Source of the DNA: Octopus bimaculoides
Taxonomy: Eukaryota
NCBI RefSeq assembly: GCF_001194135.2
Contig: NC_068983.1
Location: 72,942,972-72,979,238 of the forward strand
Length of the DNA stretch: 36,267 nucleotides
Reading direction: 5' to 3'
The translations under genes and the position numbers were made by a program. Below are positions 1-12,149 of this stretch, piece after piece (within the stretch, counting starts at the first letter, position 1; each line of letters opens with the position of its first letter). The notes under the pieces are model-generated. The model saw only the letters and a list, made by a program, of their open reading frames with translations. It was not told the DNA's origin and did no database searches.

Positions 1-207
1 ATTGCAGACCATAAGATTGGTTGCATCACAGAACTCCAGCAGTCTGGTTCCCTCCTCGTTGCGGGAACCGAAGCCATAGCCTCCATGTATGCCATGGAAG
101 CCCCCAGCACGACGTCCGACATGACCGTTGAAGTCTCCAGCCACAAAGAGAAGGTCCCTGTCACTCGTCGACGAGGTAGTTTGCAAGAGGGTGTCATAGA
201 ATTGGTC
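1..207 (-). pseudogene. RTE-clade LINE, apurinic-like endonuclease fragment (runs off the window start)
   Basis: The minus strand translates without stops as DQFYDTLLQTTSSTSDRDLLFVAGDFNGHVGRRAGGFHGIHGGYGFGSRNEEGTRLLEFCDATNLMVCN. GDFNGHVG and GGYGFGxRNxEGxRLLEF are RTE endonuclease motifs. Confidence 0.9.
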
Positions 208-410
208 TGTGTGTGTTTGTCCCCCCAACATCGCTTGACAACCGATGCTGGTGTGTTTACGTCCCCATAACTTAGCGGTTCGGCAAAAGAGACCGATAGA
301 ATAAGAACTAGGCTTACAAAGAATAAGTCATGGGGTCGATTTGTTCAACTAAAGGCGTTGCTCCTGCATGGCTGCAGTCAAATGACTGAAACAAGTAAAA
401 GAATAAGATA
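208..410 (+). mobile_element. SINE 3' half (octopus-type tail ...GCATGGCTGCAGTCAAATGACTGAAACAAGTAAAAGAATAA)
   Basis: The same tail recurs, degenerate, at ~6855-6940 (-) and ~9880-9925 (+). Family recognised from memory, not by database search. Confidence 0.7.
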
Positions 411-699
411 TATTTTTCTTGTGTTTTGTTTGCCATAATTATAGGTTGGTTTTATGTGTGTATGTATTATATACAAATAAATATAGTACTAAGTTCTTTG
501 GCACCTTAACCTTAAGGTCACAGTTCCTTGTACTCCACTTAAAACTGATGTAATTGACAATATCACACTGCTACTTACTTAAATTAACATTAAAAAGATA
601 ACTGATGAATTTTAGCTTTCTCCCCACTCTAAGGAATAATGAGGCATTGAACTAAATCAAAATATCATAAAGTCCTGACATAAATAAATAAAGCAAATA

Positions 700-1945
700 A
701 AGATATGAAGACAGGGAAATACCCTGGTCCATCATGAATTACCACAAAAATGCTTAAAATATCTGGTGGAGTAGGATACGACCTAGTCACCTGTATGGTT
801 AATCAGAAAGGTATCATACCCAATGGTTGAAGTAGCAGCATTATAGTCAACTACTACAATGGTAAGGGAAATGCTTTAGACAGAAGTATCTACAGTGGTA
901 TCAAATTGCTGGACCAGGTCATGAAAGTTACAGAAAGAGTCACAACTCAACTAATTAGGAAGAGAGTTAACTTAGGTGAGATGCAGTTTGGTTTTGTGGC
1001 AGGGAGGAGCATTACTGATGCTATCTTCCTAGTAAAGCAACTTCAGGAGGATCTTTTAAGCAAAAACAAACCACTGTACATGACATTTGTCAACACAGAG
1101 ATAGCTTTTACAGGATCCATTGCTCTCTCGTCTTGTGGTCACTGTAGAAAGTAAAGGGTAAATAAATTACTAGTGAGAGGTATTCAAGCTATGTACAGGG
1201 GAACTATCAGTAAGGTGAAAAATCAGCAATGAGGACAGCAACAAATTTTGGGTGCAAGTAGAAGTTCACCAGGGTTTGGTTCTCAGCCTCTGCTCATTCA
1301 TCATAGTCCTCCAGATCATAAGAGAGGAATCTAAGATAGGCTGCCCAAAGAAGCTCTTCTACACTGATGATCTTTCTTGTTCTTACAGCTGAATCTATAG
1401 TAGAATCAGAAAAGAAATTTCAGGTGTGGAAGCAAAGCCTTAGAGTTAATTTAGCAAAGACCAAAACACTAGCATGCAGGAAAGCAGACAAATTATTAAT
1501 CTCTTCAGGGAAATGGTTCAGCTCAATGTGAAGAACATATGTTGGTAGAAATTCCAAATAGTATACCCATTGCAAGCTATGGACACATAAAAGGTACAGA
1601 TGAATCACAAGAAACTTAATGGAATAAGTAGTCTTTGTGTGTGACAGATGTACAAGAACAACCAAGAACACACAGGAAATAGGCTTCTTCAAATGTCCAG
1701 AGGGATCCTTTGAGGTAGTAGATAGTTTACGTTACCTAAGTGACTAAACAGTGGAGGAGGATGTTCTAAAAGCATACTTGAAAGAATTAAAAGGGCTTCT
1801 CTCTCTGAGTGTAAAGTAGATTGCATGATGCTTGTGTACGAATAGCTATGCTATTTGGTAACAAAATGCAGAGGGCATGTGAAAACTTGAAAGAATGGAA
1901 GCTAGCACACTCTGCTGGATGTGCAATGTCAGTGTGCATGTACAA
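700..1945 (+). pseudogene. RTE-clade LINE reverse transcriptase remnant (many stops and frameshifts)
   Basis: Translated pieces include KGNALDRSIYSGIKLLDQVMKVTERVTTQLIRKRVNLGEMQFGFVAGRSITDAIFLVKQLQE, a degenerate VHQG...LF segment, YTDD (~1359-1370) and the C-terminal CKVDCMMLVY/ASTLCWMCNVSV region. Confidence 0.9.
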
Positions 1946-2139
1946 TAAATAACACAATGCATTTTCTCCATCACTTTAATGTTTCTACCATTTCACTGAC
2001 TTAAGTTTAAGTAGATATTGTTAAATGATAATAATCAAAAATCAGTCTTCCTTGTCCCCTTATAATTAAAAAAAAAATTTTCTGGATAGTTATTAAAATG
2101 ATGGTACAGTGACTATGATTCTTGCAAGTGGTTGGTGAT

Positions 2140-3040
2140 TTTTGTGACACAAGCAGCATAGCATTGGGAGTAATGCTGGAAATAGGAGGTGTCAAGGTGG
2201 AAGATGCAGCATGGCTTAGGAAGAAGGACAACTACAACCACATCAATGTAGTCGAACTGGATGCTTGTTGAAGGGCGTCAACCTAGCATTGAGATGGAGA
2301 CTGTGAACCGTCGAGGTCCGGACTGATTCTGCCACAGTTTGAGGGTGGGTGGAGTCAGTGATCACCAACCGGAAGAAGATTCACATGAAAGGGGCAGTGG
2401 AAATGGTGATTAAACATCGCCTGGGAATCCTGAGGGAGATAGCTGCCAAGTTCAACCTGGAGCTGCATGTGGTGTTCGTACCCTTGGAAATGAATAAGGC
2501 AGACGCTCTAACCAGAGTAAAAAAGCATTAGTTGGAAACAGTAGAGGACGTTCCGAGTGGGGTAGCAGTGGTTTGTCAGCTAGAAGGCACAGAACTAAGG
2601 AGGCTACACAACATGCACCACATGGGGGTCGACAGGAAGTTGTTTTTGGCTAGGACGGTCAACCCCGATGTCACCAGGGAAAGCGTTTGGAGGATAATGG
2701 GGAATTGCAACAGGTGCCAATCAATTGATCCTGTCCTGAACACACACAAACCAGAAAAGATTCAGGTAGAGGAAAACTGGAAGAAGCTAGCCAGTGATGT
2801 GATGCACTATTGAGGAAAGGTGTACCTTTCAACAGTTGCCTGTGGACTGGGGCGAATGGCTATATGGAGAGAAATCAGGGCAGAGACTACTGCCAAAGTT
2901 GCAGAAGTGTTGAAGGTGGTGTTCTTGGAAAGGGACCAGTAGATGAGCTATTGATGGATAACAGCGTGATTTTTCACTCAGAGCAGCTAAGAGAGATGCT
3001 CAGAAATTGGAGCACAAACTACTTCTTCAGAGCTGCTGAC
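2140..3040 (+). pseudogene. LTR-retrotransposon pol remnant: RNase H, HHCC zinc finger and N-terminal part of a DDE integrase
   Basis: RNase H: CDTSSIALGVMLE...EDAAWLRKKDNYNHINVVELDAC...TDSATV...NKADALTRV. Zinc finger: LHNMHHMGVD...CNRCQSID. Integrase core: ASDVMHY and DELLMDNSVIFHSEQLREMLRNWS. Confidence 0.85.
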
Positions 3041-3234
3041 TGTCTCTCTATCTTTCCCTCTAACACTATCTCTCCTTCTTCTCCTCTCTTTTCCTACTGA
3101 AGTAACTAAAGTATCTCCTCTGTAGTAAGATACCTATATCTATCCTTCCATTATAGTCTAACCTCTCACCTGGCACAAAGCCACTACCCTCAGTTCCATT
3201 CCCTCTCCCAACTGAGAGGTCTTCATCTCACAAG

Positions 3235-3440
3235 TTACTTGGCAACACCACTGGTGTTGGTGCCACATAAAAAGCACCCAGTACACTCTGTAAAGTGGTT
3301 GGCATTAGGAAAGGCATCCAGTTATAGAAACCATGCTAAAGCAGACAATGGAGCCTAGTGCAGCTCTTCAGCTCCTGTCAAACTGTCCAACTCGTGCCAG
3401 CATAGAAGATGGATGTTAAACAGAGATGATGATGATGATT
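3235..3440 (+). mobile_element. RTE-type 3' tail / RTE-related SINE ending in (GAT)n
   Basis: GCCACATAAAAAGCACCCAGTACACTCTG...GGCATCCAG...GCCAGCAT...GATGATGATGAT. The same tail is attached to the RTE ORF end at 8636-9870. Confidence 0.75.
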
Positions 3441-3524
3441 ACAGAATACTACTTTACAAAAAGATTCTCAAGAACACTGTGCTTCTATAGATGTAAGGGA
3501 TGTCTGCACATGTAATTCCATCCA

Positions 3525-3720
3525 TATAGCTTGTTATTTAGTCCAAAGCAGCTCTGATCAAGCAATTCTATGGTCAGAGACATTTTAGTAAATTAAAAGC
3601 AATCCACCATTTTTTGCAAGCACCACAACACGTTATCTAATATGTTTTATTTTTTTTAGGTTGTAGTATGTAATTTGAAGGAAATTTGGCTGCTATTTCT
3701 TGCAGGTTGACCAATCTACT
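3525..3720 (-). mobile_element. SINE-like interspersed repeat, copy 1
   Basis: The reverse complement shares GAAATAGCAGCCAAATTTCCTTCAAATTACA and the downstream layout with 4990-5250. Confidence 0.55.
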
Positions 3721-3960
3721 TATATAAAAACTTCCTCGTTGACATACTATCGCGAAGTTCGAGGAGGTGCGGGGTGCATTTATTTGTGGCTGATAATTGT
3801 AACTAAATATTACTTATGTGTATAGCAGTGCTGAAAACATTCCACAAATAACATCTAGAGCTTCCTTTAATATCAATGGTTTGAAATTTTAATCTGTTCA
3901 GCAACAGGTGAAATAGGTAATTCTGTTGATGAAAATATCACAAAATTCAACAATGAAGTG

Positions 3961-4044
3961 TACATATATATATATATATATATATAGTGTGTGTGTGTGT
4001 GTATGTGTGTGAGTGTGCATATATATATGCTCACATATCATTTG

Positions 4045-4092
<48 letters not shown>
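3961..4092. repeat. Compound (TA)n/(TG)n microsatellite cluster
   Basis: Directly visible dinucleotide runs. Confidence 0.95.
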
Positions 4093-4096
<4 letters not shown>

Positions 4097-4989
4097 CAAG
4101 TGGCGACATTCTATTAAGAAAATGAACCAAATCATTAAATTGGACTGCGAAAAATGCTATTTATTCCTATATTGAGTTATTAGTATCAACTATGAGTGAA
4201 TAATGTAGCCAGTGTTAAAGCCAAGTGGATACCATACAATTCTTGTTTGCAAATGTATTGCGCTTATGTGGAGCTATTCATAGTGAAAGAATTCACTGTT
4301 CTGCTATTGTGCTGTCTGCTTATGAGGATTAAGCATTATTTGATCCTCGTCATAGATAAGGGACGTGAAACCAATGGTAAATTGTGGCAATGCAACAGAA
4401 TGAATAAGCTGAAAGGAAACTTGTTAGAACAAAATTCATTCAGTAGGAAAAAAAGGGATGTAATTCCATTTGAGTGAGTTTTCAATTTTCTGAACATGAC
4501 ATTTTCTTGTACAAATTCTTTGGGTTTTTGTTTGTGCTGTTTCTTTTCTTTTCTTTTTTCTTTTTTAAATTTTCTTGTTCAATTATTTATTTCTAAACTT
4601 TCTGAAGCCTTTACCAGTTGAATTCTTGTATTGGAGATAATCTTAAATCTGGTGAAAAGAAAACTGCTGTAACCTTAAATAATAATTCTAATTAATTCTA
4701 ATAATAAACTAAATTTTACATAGAAAATCTAGAGATTTTACAGATAAAAGTTTTGGGTCATTTTTTTTTTTTTTTGAAAAACATTAATATATCATTGAGT
4801 TCTCATATTGATAAAGCGTCATTGATTTGCAGTAGAAAGTAGCAGACTTAATTAAAGTCCCAAAACATAATGGGTGCCTATTTTATGAAACAAAGTAAAA
4901 TGCTGTGCATTTTCTCATTAACCCAGTTTTACTGTTACAGATAACATCAGAAACAATTGTATACTTCCATACCATGATGTATGGGCTCA

Positions 4990-5250
4990 CACATACATAG
5001 CACTTAGAGAACTTATCTCTTTCACTAACCTCATGAGAAACATCCATACATCTATGTGGTCGCTGAACCTTCTAGAAATAGCAGCAAAATTTTCCTCAAA
5101 TCACATCCTATCATCTTAAAAAATGGATTAATATATTAGACAATGTAATTCCAAGTACAGTGTCTAGACAAAAGATTCTATTGTGACACAAGAGCGCCTC
5201 TGACCATATAGCTGCTTCATAACAACTAATTAGAGTCCACAACAACAACT
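4990..5250 (+). mobile_element. SINE-like interspersed repeat, copy 2, with (CAA)n tail
   Basis: CTAGAAATAGCAGCAAAATTTTCCTCAAATCACATCCT...CACAACAACAAC, homologous to 3525-3720. Confidence 0.55.
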
Positions 5251-5649
5251 CTATTTTTCCCTAGAATTCTCAAAACCAACAATTTCATGATTTCAACCCA
5301 CAATTGCATAACTAAGTTCATTTCCAACTATGTAAAAAATTATATGTTGTTTTATCCTCCCAATTCAAGTATACTAACCATGTCATATACTTTAATCAAT
5401 TGTTTCATCTTCAATATGAATGTGAAATCTTTTAACATTGTCTTCTCTCACAATGACAATCTCTCCAACGTAGGATACATTTCAACCACTTTTCACTATT
5501 AAAAAAAAAAGTAGCAGACTCTGATTAGCAAAATTATTCTTTAAATAGCTTCCCCTTCTCTACTAAGTGAGTTTTACTAATATATCAATGATATAACTAT
5601 GATGTAACTGTTGTAATAACAATGCTTTTAACTTTTTTGTTTGATTTTT

Positions 5650-6360
5650 ACCCACTTGCAGGTGGTCATCCCTTAAGATTTACAGCTATTACCTCAATCA
5701 CCGAATTGCTACAACTTCTCTCATCAGATATGAATTCATATGCTTTACATCTTTGGAGAACACCACCGCCTACTATTTGAATTTTCTCCTACCATCCCTG
5801 ACTCATTGCTTTTATTGTCCTTTCTGTCATAATCGACAGATAACACTGACCCCCCAGTCTAACTTCCATCTTGCCAAACATACATTAAATCCATAAATTC
5901 ACCCCCTCTTTCCCTCAATTTCTCCAACTTGTCATTAATGTACAGCTTGCTGTCATCTCTAACAACACACACTCATATGTAGATGACACTATTTCTTCAC
6001 TCCTCCTTAATTCCACCATGCACAAACTCCCTCTGCATGCAACCTGGATATATCAAATAAAAACCTACCTCCATGAACAAAGGCATCAAAGATATTATCC
6101 AATAGAAATATGACAATATTGTCTCTGTCAGCAATTTAAAGACTACTTAAATCTGTAGCATGCTGTCTTGGACAACATGCAATCAAAACCTTCGAAATTA
6201 CTGCAAATATTATTTTTCTTAATCTCTGATGATCTTTCACAGTAATTACACATACATACCATAGCTAAATCTACATCACAAAGACTAATTTTTCTAAGGG
6301 TAGGAAAACACTTCAGTTCTGATCAATTGCTGTCTCTTTCATTACCCAGTTCACAAGTGG
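5650..6360 (+). pseudogene. Highly decayed CR1/Jockey-type LINE RT remnant
   Basis: LVINVQLAVISNNTHSYVDDT (YVDD at 5976-5987) matches the LFINDL...IHSYADDT pattern. IAKSTSQRLIFLRVGKHFSSDQLL (6261-6335) matches IAKSASKKLGFLFRxRKYFSxxQLL. Boundaries are approximate. Confidence 0.65.
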
Positions 6361-7462
6361 AGCTTGAAAAATCAACCCCTTCTCCTTCCCAAATTTAGCC
6401 TCACTTACCTTAACATATCCCTAGTTCCTAACACTCGTTTCCATTACTACTACTATGGAAAATGTCACTGAAACACTATTCAACTTTTCAAAATATGTGA
6501 TATGAACCAAGAACTCTACCTCGCATTTCATTGCTGGATGTTATAACTTCATTTCAGTTCAAACTTTAAAATCACCATTCTTTGCATAAGTTTGTCCTCT
6601 CAACTCAAAATTCAGTCATATCAATCGTACATTATCCAACACTATCTAAAAACAACCTATAAATAAAAATCTTTAGTACAATAGGCTTTTAACTATCTTA
6701 TCTCCTTAACCACAGTACCCTACAATAGTAATATATCATGGTTTGAGCTCATTTCAATAAAAGTGTTCAAACAGAGAAAGAGTAGTCCAATAGTTGCTTC
6801 AACTTTAATCTAAAAGTCATATAACTTTATCGTACAAATCAAATGGCTGGTCTCAGTCATTAGACTGTGGCCAGGATGGTGCATCATCTTCATATTATCC
6901 CCAGCACTTATTTCAGTCTGGTACTTGTATTATCAATCCATATTCAATTTGTAATCTAATTAATACAGTGTGTTAATAAAATTTTATTCACTTAGTAAAT
7001 TCATATCAAACAAGCAGTGGTTTTTAAAAAAATGATGCTAGAAGTAAAAAGTTGTTGAGGAAATAGATTATGCGCTATTATATTTTTAGCTGTTTTAGTG
7101 AAACAACATAAGAAAAAGAAAAGATTATTTTTATATGAAAACAATAATATGAATGCTAATTCTTCAAAAATAATGTGAGAAAATAACTCTAACTATGCAA
7201 ATTTGATCAATGATAATCATCAGAAAAAAATTTTGAACAAATGAAAATGCATAATGGAATCTTTTGAATGTAGATAACAGAATAGAAGATATAGATTTAC
7301 AAAAATAAATGAGATATAAAAAAAATTATATACAAATGTAAATTATTATTAAATTGAAATCTATCTTCCCAGCTATATCTCAATGTGGGTATGTGTATGT
7401 ACACACACACACATACTTTTTATGAGTGCATATGTCTGTGTGTATGTATATGTATGTATATA

Positions 7463-8619
7463 TACAATGGTAAATCAAAAATTATACACATTCTTGTTCC
7501 AGTAATTTATTAAAACAAAAGCAAGAATTGAACAATTACATAATTTTTTGACATTGTCTCCTTGCTTTTCGATGCACTTCTTCCAGCAGTTCACAAGTTT
7601 ACTTATTCCATCAAAGAAGATTTACAGCTGATCACACAGCCATTTATGCACCACTTCCTGCACTTCCTCCATAGCAAATCAACAATCTTGTAAAGGATGT
7701 TTAAGCAGTTCAAAGAGGTGACAGTCAGAAGGGGCGAAGTCTGGACTGTATGCACTGTGTTCCAGCAACTCAAAACCCAACTATTCAATGATTTCAACAG
7801 TGCAAGTAGCTGTATGTGGTCATGTAATATCAACAATAACACTTGATTTGACAACAGACCTCAACATTTAGTGCAAATTTCCAGTTTCAGTTTGTTGGCC
7901 AGCATTTCACTGTAGCCTGCACCAATGACTCATTTTCCCAGGTAATGTTCCAGTATGGGCCCTTTTGCATCACAAAAAACAGTTAGCATCACTTTTTCCA
8001 CAGAAGGTTGAATCATGAATTTCCTTTTCACTGGCAAGGAGTTTCAACTCCATACTCTGTCTTCTGAATTCTAGCTCAAAGTGATGAAACCAGGTTTCAT
8101 CACCTGTGACTATTCTCTGTAAAAAAGCTTCACTTTCATTGTTATAGCAGTTGAGTAAGTGCTGAGTGACAGATCCAGATCTTATCCCCTGTGACTATTC
8201 TCTCCAAAAAAGCTTTGCCTTCATTGTTACAGTGGTTGAGCTAAGTGCTGATATATCTCTACAAGATTACACTTATGTGCTTTGGTCAGCTCTCTTGACA
8301 CTCATCATGCACAGACTTTATGGAAGTGAAGCTTGTCATGGAGATTTTGTATGCAGAATCATAACTAATTTGCTGAAAGCCTACACCTTCAGACAACACA
8401 AATTGGAACACTGATCTCTGTTCTTCCTTGGTGCACACTGCCATCAGAATAGCAACGCTTACTCTATGTCACAAGAAAGAAAACTGGAACAATGAAGGTC
8501 AAACCTTGGTTACATAACCACAAGAGTACCCTCTTTTAGCATGCAAACACTGAAGACAGTGTGGCCGACCTCAAGAAAGTTTTGGCAAAAGTGCAGGTAG
8601 TGTTTGACTTCCCTGTGCA
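7463..8619 (-). mobile_element. Mariner transposon A, internally deleted, with degenerate TIRs
   Basis: Minus strand: MAVCTKEEQRSVFQFVLSEG, VTGDETWFHH, KVMLTVFCDAKGPILEHYL, LLEHSAYSPDFAPSDCHLF and WKKCIEKQGDNV. TIR-like ends TACAATGGTAAATCAAAAATTAT (7463) and GTAGTGTTTGACTTCCCTGTGCA (~8597-8619). There is an internal ~85 bp tandem duplication at ~8096-8255. Confidence 0.9.
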
Positions 8620-8635
8620 TGTGTGTGCATGTGTG

Positions 8636-9870
8636 TAGCATGGGTTGGACGATTTGACTGAGGACTGGTTAACTGGATGGCTGCACCACACTCCAAACTG
8701 ATCTGGCAGAATTTCTACAGCTGGATGCCCTTCCTAACGCCAACCACTCCAAGAGTGTTGTGGGTGCTTTTACGTGCCACTGGCACAAGGGCCAGTCAGG
8801 CGGCAACGGCTATGCTCAAAATGGTGTTTTTTACGTGCCACCTGCACAGGAGCCAGTCCAGCGGCACTGGCAACAACTTCGCTCGAATGTTTTCTAACGT
8901 GCCACTGGCAATGATCACGCTCAAATGGTACTATTTACGCGCCACTGGTATGGAAGCCAGACAGCTGCTCTGGCAATGATCATGCTCAGACAGTGCTGTT
9001 AGTGCTCCACTGGCACAGGTGCCAGTCATCGAATATGGTTCAATTACGATTTCAATTTCACTTGCCCCAACAGGTCTTCGCAAGCAGAGTTTAGTGTCCA
9101 ATGAAGGAGAGGTTGGCATGGGTGCCAGTCATCGAATTTGGTTCGATTTCGATTTCACTTGCCTCAACAGGTCTTCATAAACAGAGTTTAGTGTCCAATG
9201 AAGTAATGATACGATAAGTGAGCTGGCTACACTTCTGGCAGAGGCCACAGATTATGGTCTCACTTGGCTTGCCAGGTCTTCTCACGCACTGCATATTTCC
9301 AAAGGTCTCAGTCACAAGTCATTGCCTCAGTGAGGCCCAATGTTCGAAGGTCGTGCTTCTCCACCTCATCCTAGGTCTTCCTGGGTTCCCTTAACCTCTT
9401 CCGCAGGATCCCTCAACCGCTAGGGTGTGGCACTTTTTCACACAGCTATCCTCATCCATTCTCGCCACATGACCATACCAGCACAATCGTCTCTCTTGCT
9501 CACCACAACTGATGCTTCTTAGGTCCAACTTTTCTCTCAAGGTACTTACACATCCATTGGAGCATACTGGCTTCATTTCTTGCGAGCTTACGCATGTCCT
9601 CAGCAGTCACGGCCCATGTATCACTGCCATGTAGCATGGCGGTTCGTACACATGCGTCATACAGTCTGCCTTTTACTCTGAGCGAGAGGCCCTTTGTCAC
9701 CAGCAGAGGTAAGAGCTCACTGAACTTTGCCCAGGCTATTCTTATTCTAGCAGCTACACTTTCAGCGCAACTTCCTCCGCTACTAACTTGGTCACCTAGA
9801 TAGCAGAAGCTATCAACTACTTCTAGTTTTTCTCCCTGGAATGTGGCAAAGGTTGTTTTCTGCACATTTT
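8636..9870 (-). mobile_element. 5'-truncated RTE LINE: RT C-terminus (stop at ~9260) plus full 3' UTR
   Basis: GEKLEVVDSFCYLGDQVSSGGSCAESVAARIRIAWAKFSELLPLLVTKGLSLRVKGRLYDACVRTAMLHGS...RLCWYGHVARMDEDSCVKKC. The 3' UTR contains a ~103 bp tandem duplication (9019-9202) and matches 23290-23820. Confidence 0.92.
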
Positions 9871-9983
9871 CAGTGTTTATTGCTCCTGAGCATGGCTGAA
9901 ACAAGTAAAAGATAAAAGATAAAGATCTAAGATACTTTATAGAAATAGTAAGTCAACCTGGTACATGACTGCTACTTTAATTT

Positions 9984-10345
9984 ATGTAAAAAGTACTGTT
10001 GCTGGTGTCATATAAAAATCACTGGTGGTAGTGCCACATAAAAAGCACTGGTGCTGATGCCATGTAAAAAGCACAGGTGATGGTACCGCATAAACAGCAC
10101 TGGTGATGGTGCCATATAAACAGCACTGATGATGGTGCCACATAAAAAGTATTGGTGATGGTACCATGTAAAAAGCACCCAGTACATTCTGTGGAGTGAT
10201 TAGCATTATAAAAAGCATCCAGCCATAGAAACCAAGGCAAAAGAGACTATGGAACCTAGTGTGGCTCGCAGCCTTGTCAGTTTCTGTCAAGCCAACTAAT
10301 CCATGCCAGCCTGGAGAACAGATATTAGATGATGATGATAATGAT
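9984..10345 (+). mobile_element. RTE-type 3' tail with an expanded 26 bp tandem array (9984-10180, ~7.5 units) and (GAT)n end
   Basis: Unit consensus ACATAAAAAGCACTGGTGATGGTGCC, followed by the tail also seen at 3235-3440. Confidence 0.8.
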
Positions 10346-11469
10346 ACATTATATAAGTAGCATACCTGATAAGTGTTGTAAATTCATTATAGATACAGGT
10401 GGGTATATTTTTGAAGAAAATAGCAGAGATAAGGTATAGGACTGGTGCCTATAAAATGTGTAAGATATATATATATAAACATACATTCATACACACACAC
10501 ACACACAATTTAATTTAACATAAACATTAAATCAAAGTTATTATTTAATGCTAATTTAAGAACATTTTCTGATGGTGTGACTCTATACTTAGAGTAGCAT
10601 CAAATTTTTTTGTAAAGTTCAAATTAACTAGACTGAAGTTCTAACCAATTTCATCTTTACAAAATTTGTGTGTGTGCATGTGTATAGAGGTATATGTATT
10701 CACACACATGCATACACTTACACACACACACATACATACTTTATTTGACAAGTTCTTATTCTCTCTCCTCCCCTAAATACCTTAGGAACACACTTCTATC
10801 TTTAGAGTTTTACAATAAAATGTACATTTCTTAAACTCTCTCATTATTTAATACTCCTTAGATTTATAATTTCTTTCTATTGTATTGAATTTCCTGATTG
10901 AAAAGCAGTTCATATCAGAATATTATTTTGTGCTGAAAGCCATTATTTCATTCTACATGATGTGGATTCAAAACAATCTCATTGATTGAAAATAACCCGC
11001 GCAAGTAGCGTGAAAATATGAAACTTGTTATTAAGTCTAAATGGAATTGGTCAACCATAATCTGAAATCTAAGAAATGAAACAATTGTGCTGGCAGTACT
11101 TAGAAGAAAAATGGAAAAAAAAAGTGGTAATTTTCAATTAATTCTAGCATAATCTTTTTTTTAAATATTAACAAATCTTTCCAATTTTTTGTGTTTCTTT
11201 TTTTGTTTTGCGCTTCTTTTTTTGTACAGTTTAGTGGAGAGGGATTTGATCTTTTTAAATTTCTTTATCTCTTAAAGGTAAGAAAAAAAAAACAATATCT
11301 CCAAGTTATTAAAATAAAATAAAATTACACCAAAAAGACAAAATTTGTTGCTAAAATGATAGATAGTAGTGGGTGTTGGAAATAGAATTATAAAATAAGC
11401 ATCATTTAGGTGGTAATAATGATTTTCTTTTCAAGCCATAAAGTAATACATGCATAGGAGATGTAGTAC

Positions 11470-11600
11470 ATTTGATTTAATTTACTTTAGTAACTGGCAC
11501 TTCAAACTAGAAAGATGAAAAGGTATGATCAACTCCAACTGTATTTGAACTCAGAATGTAATGGGATATAACTAAATAGAGCAAGGTATTTTGTCTGGTA
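11470..11600 (-). mobile_element. tRNA-derived SINE fragment
   Basis: GATGAAAAGG...ATTTGAACTCAGAATGTAA is the degenerate reverse complement of the SINE at 30942-31092. Confidence 0.55.
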
Positions 11601-11799
11601 CTCTACAGATCATACCTTCTTTAGCCATTTAAGTCAATAATCACACTAAAATATTCCAAAATGAAGAATTTTCAGTGAAAATAAAATGTTTAGATGCCAA
11701 CATGTAATTGCATTCAATGATTTAGGATTTATGATATGTGTTTGTGTGTATACATATGATGGTATGTGTGTGTGTGTGTGTATGTGTAAATGTGTGTGC

Positions 11800-12020
11800 C
11801 ATCATTATCCTTTTTACAATTTCATGCTGACATGGCTTTGACAGTTAAATGAAATCCAACAGGTCGAAGGAACAGGATTCTCTTCAGTGCTTCAGTTTGC
11901 ATGTGGTTTCTATGGCTGGAAGATTTTTTTAACACCAACCACTTTACAGAGAGCAATTTTCATGACATCACCACCGTTGAGGTTGCCTTGTAACTCACAA
12001 GACTAAAAATCCCCCTTTCC
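11800..12020 (-). mobile_element. RTE-type 3' tail fragment
   Basis: CATGCTGACATGG...GGTTTCTATGGCTGGA...ACACCAACCACTTTACAGAG is the reverse complement of the 3235-3440 type tail. Confidence 0.65.
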
Positions 12021-12149
12021 TGAGAAGGAGAACGAGGAATAAAACAATCATTTGATACAAGATGTTGAGAGATTGATATATGATGGGAGGAGTAGGAACA
12101 AGTTTGTTATGGAGGAGACTCACGGCTACTTTGGGTGGTTGTGGGTGAC

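Noticed and set aside
85-270. Plus-strand ORF MYAMEAPSTT...
   Set aside because: It is the antisense shadow of the RTE endonuclease frame fused to SINE sequence.
9560-9603. Minus-strand CUGAGGA...UGCG/CGCA...GAAA, superficially hammerhead-like
   Set aside because: It lies in RTE coding sequence (AEDMRKLARNEAS), the spacing is wrong, and no stems I or III close it.
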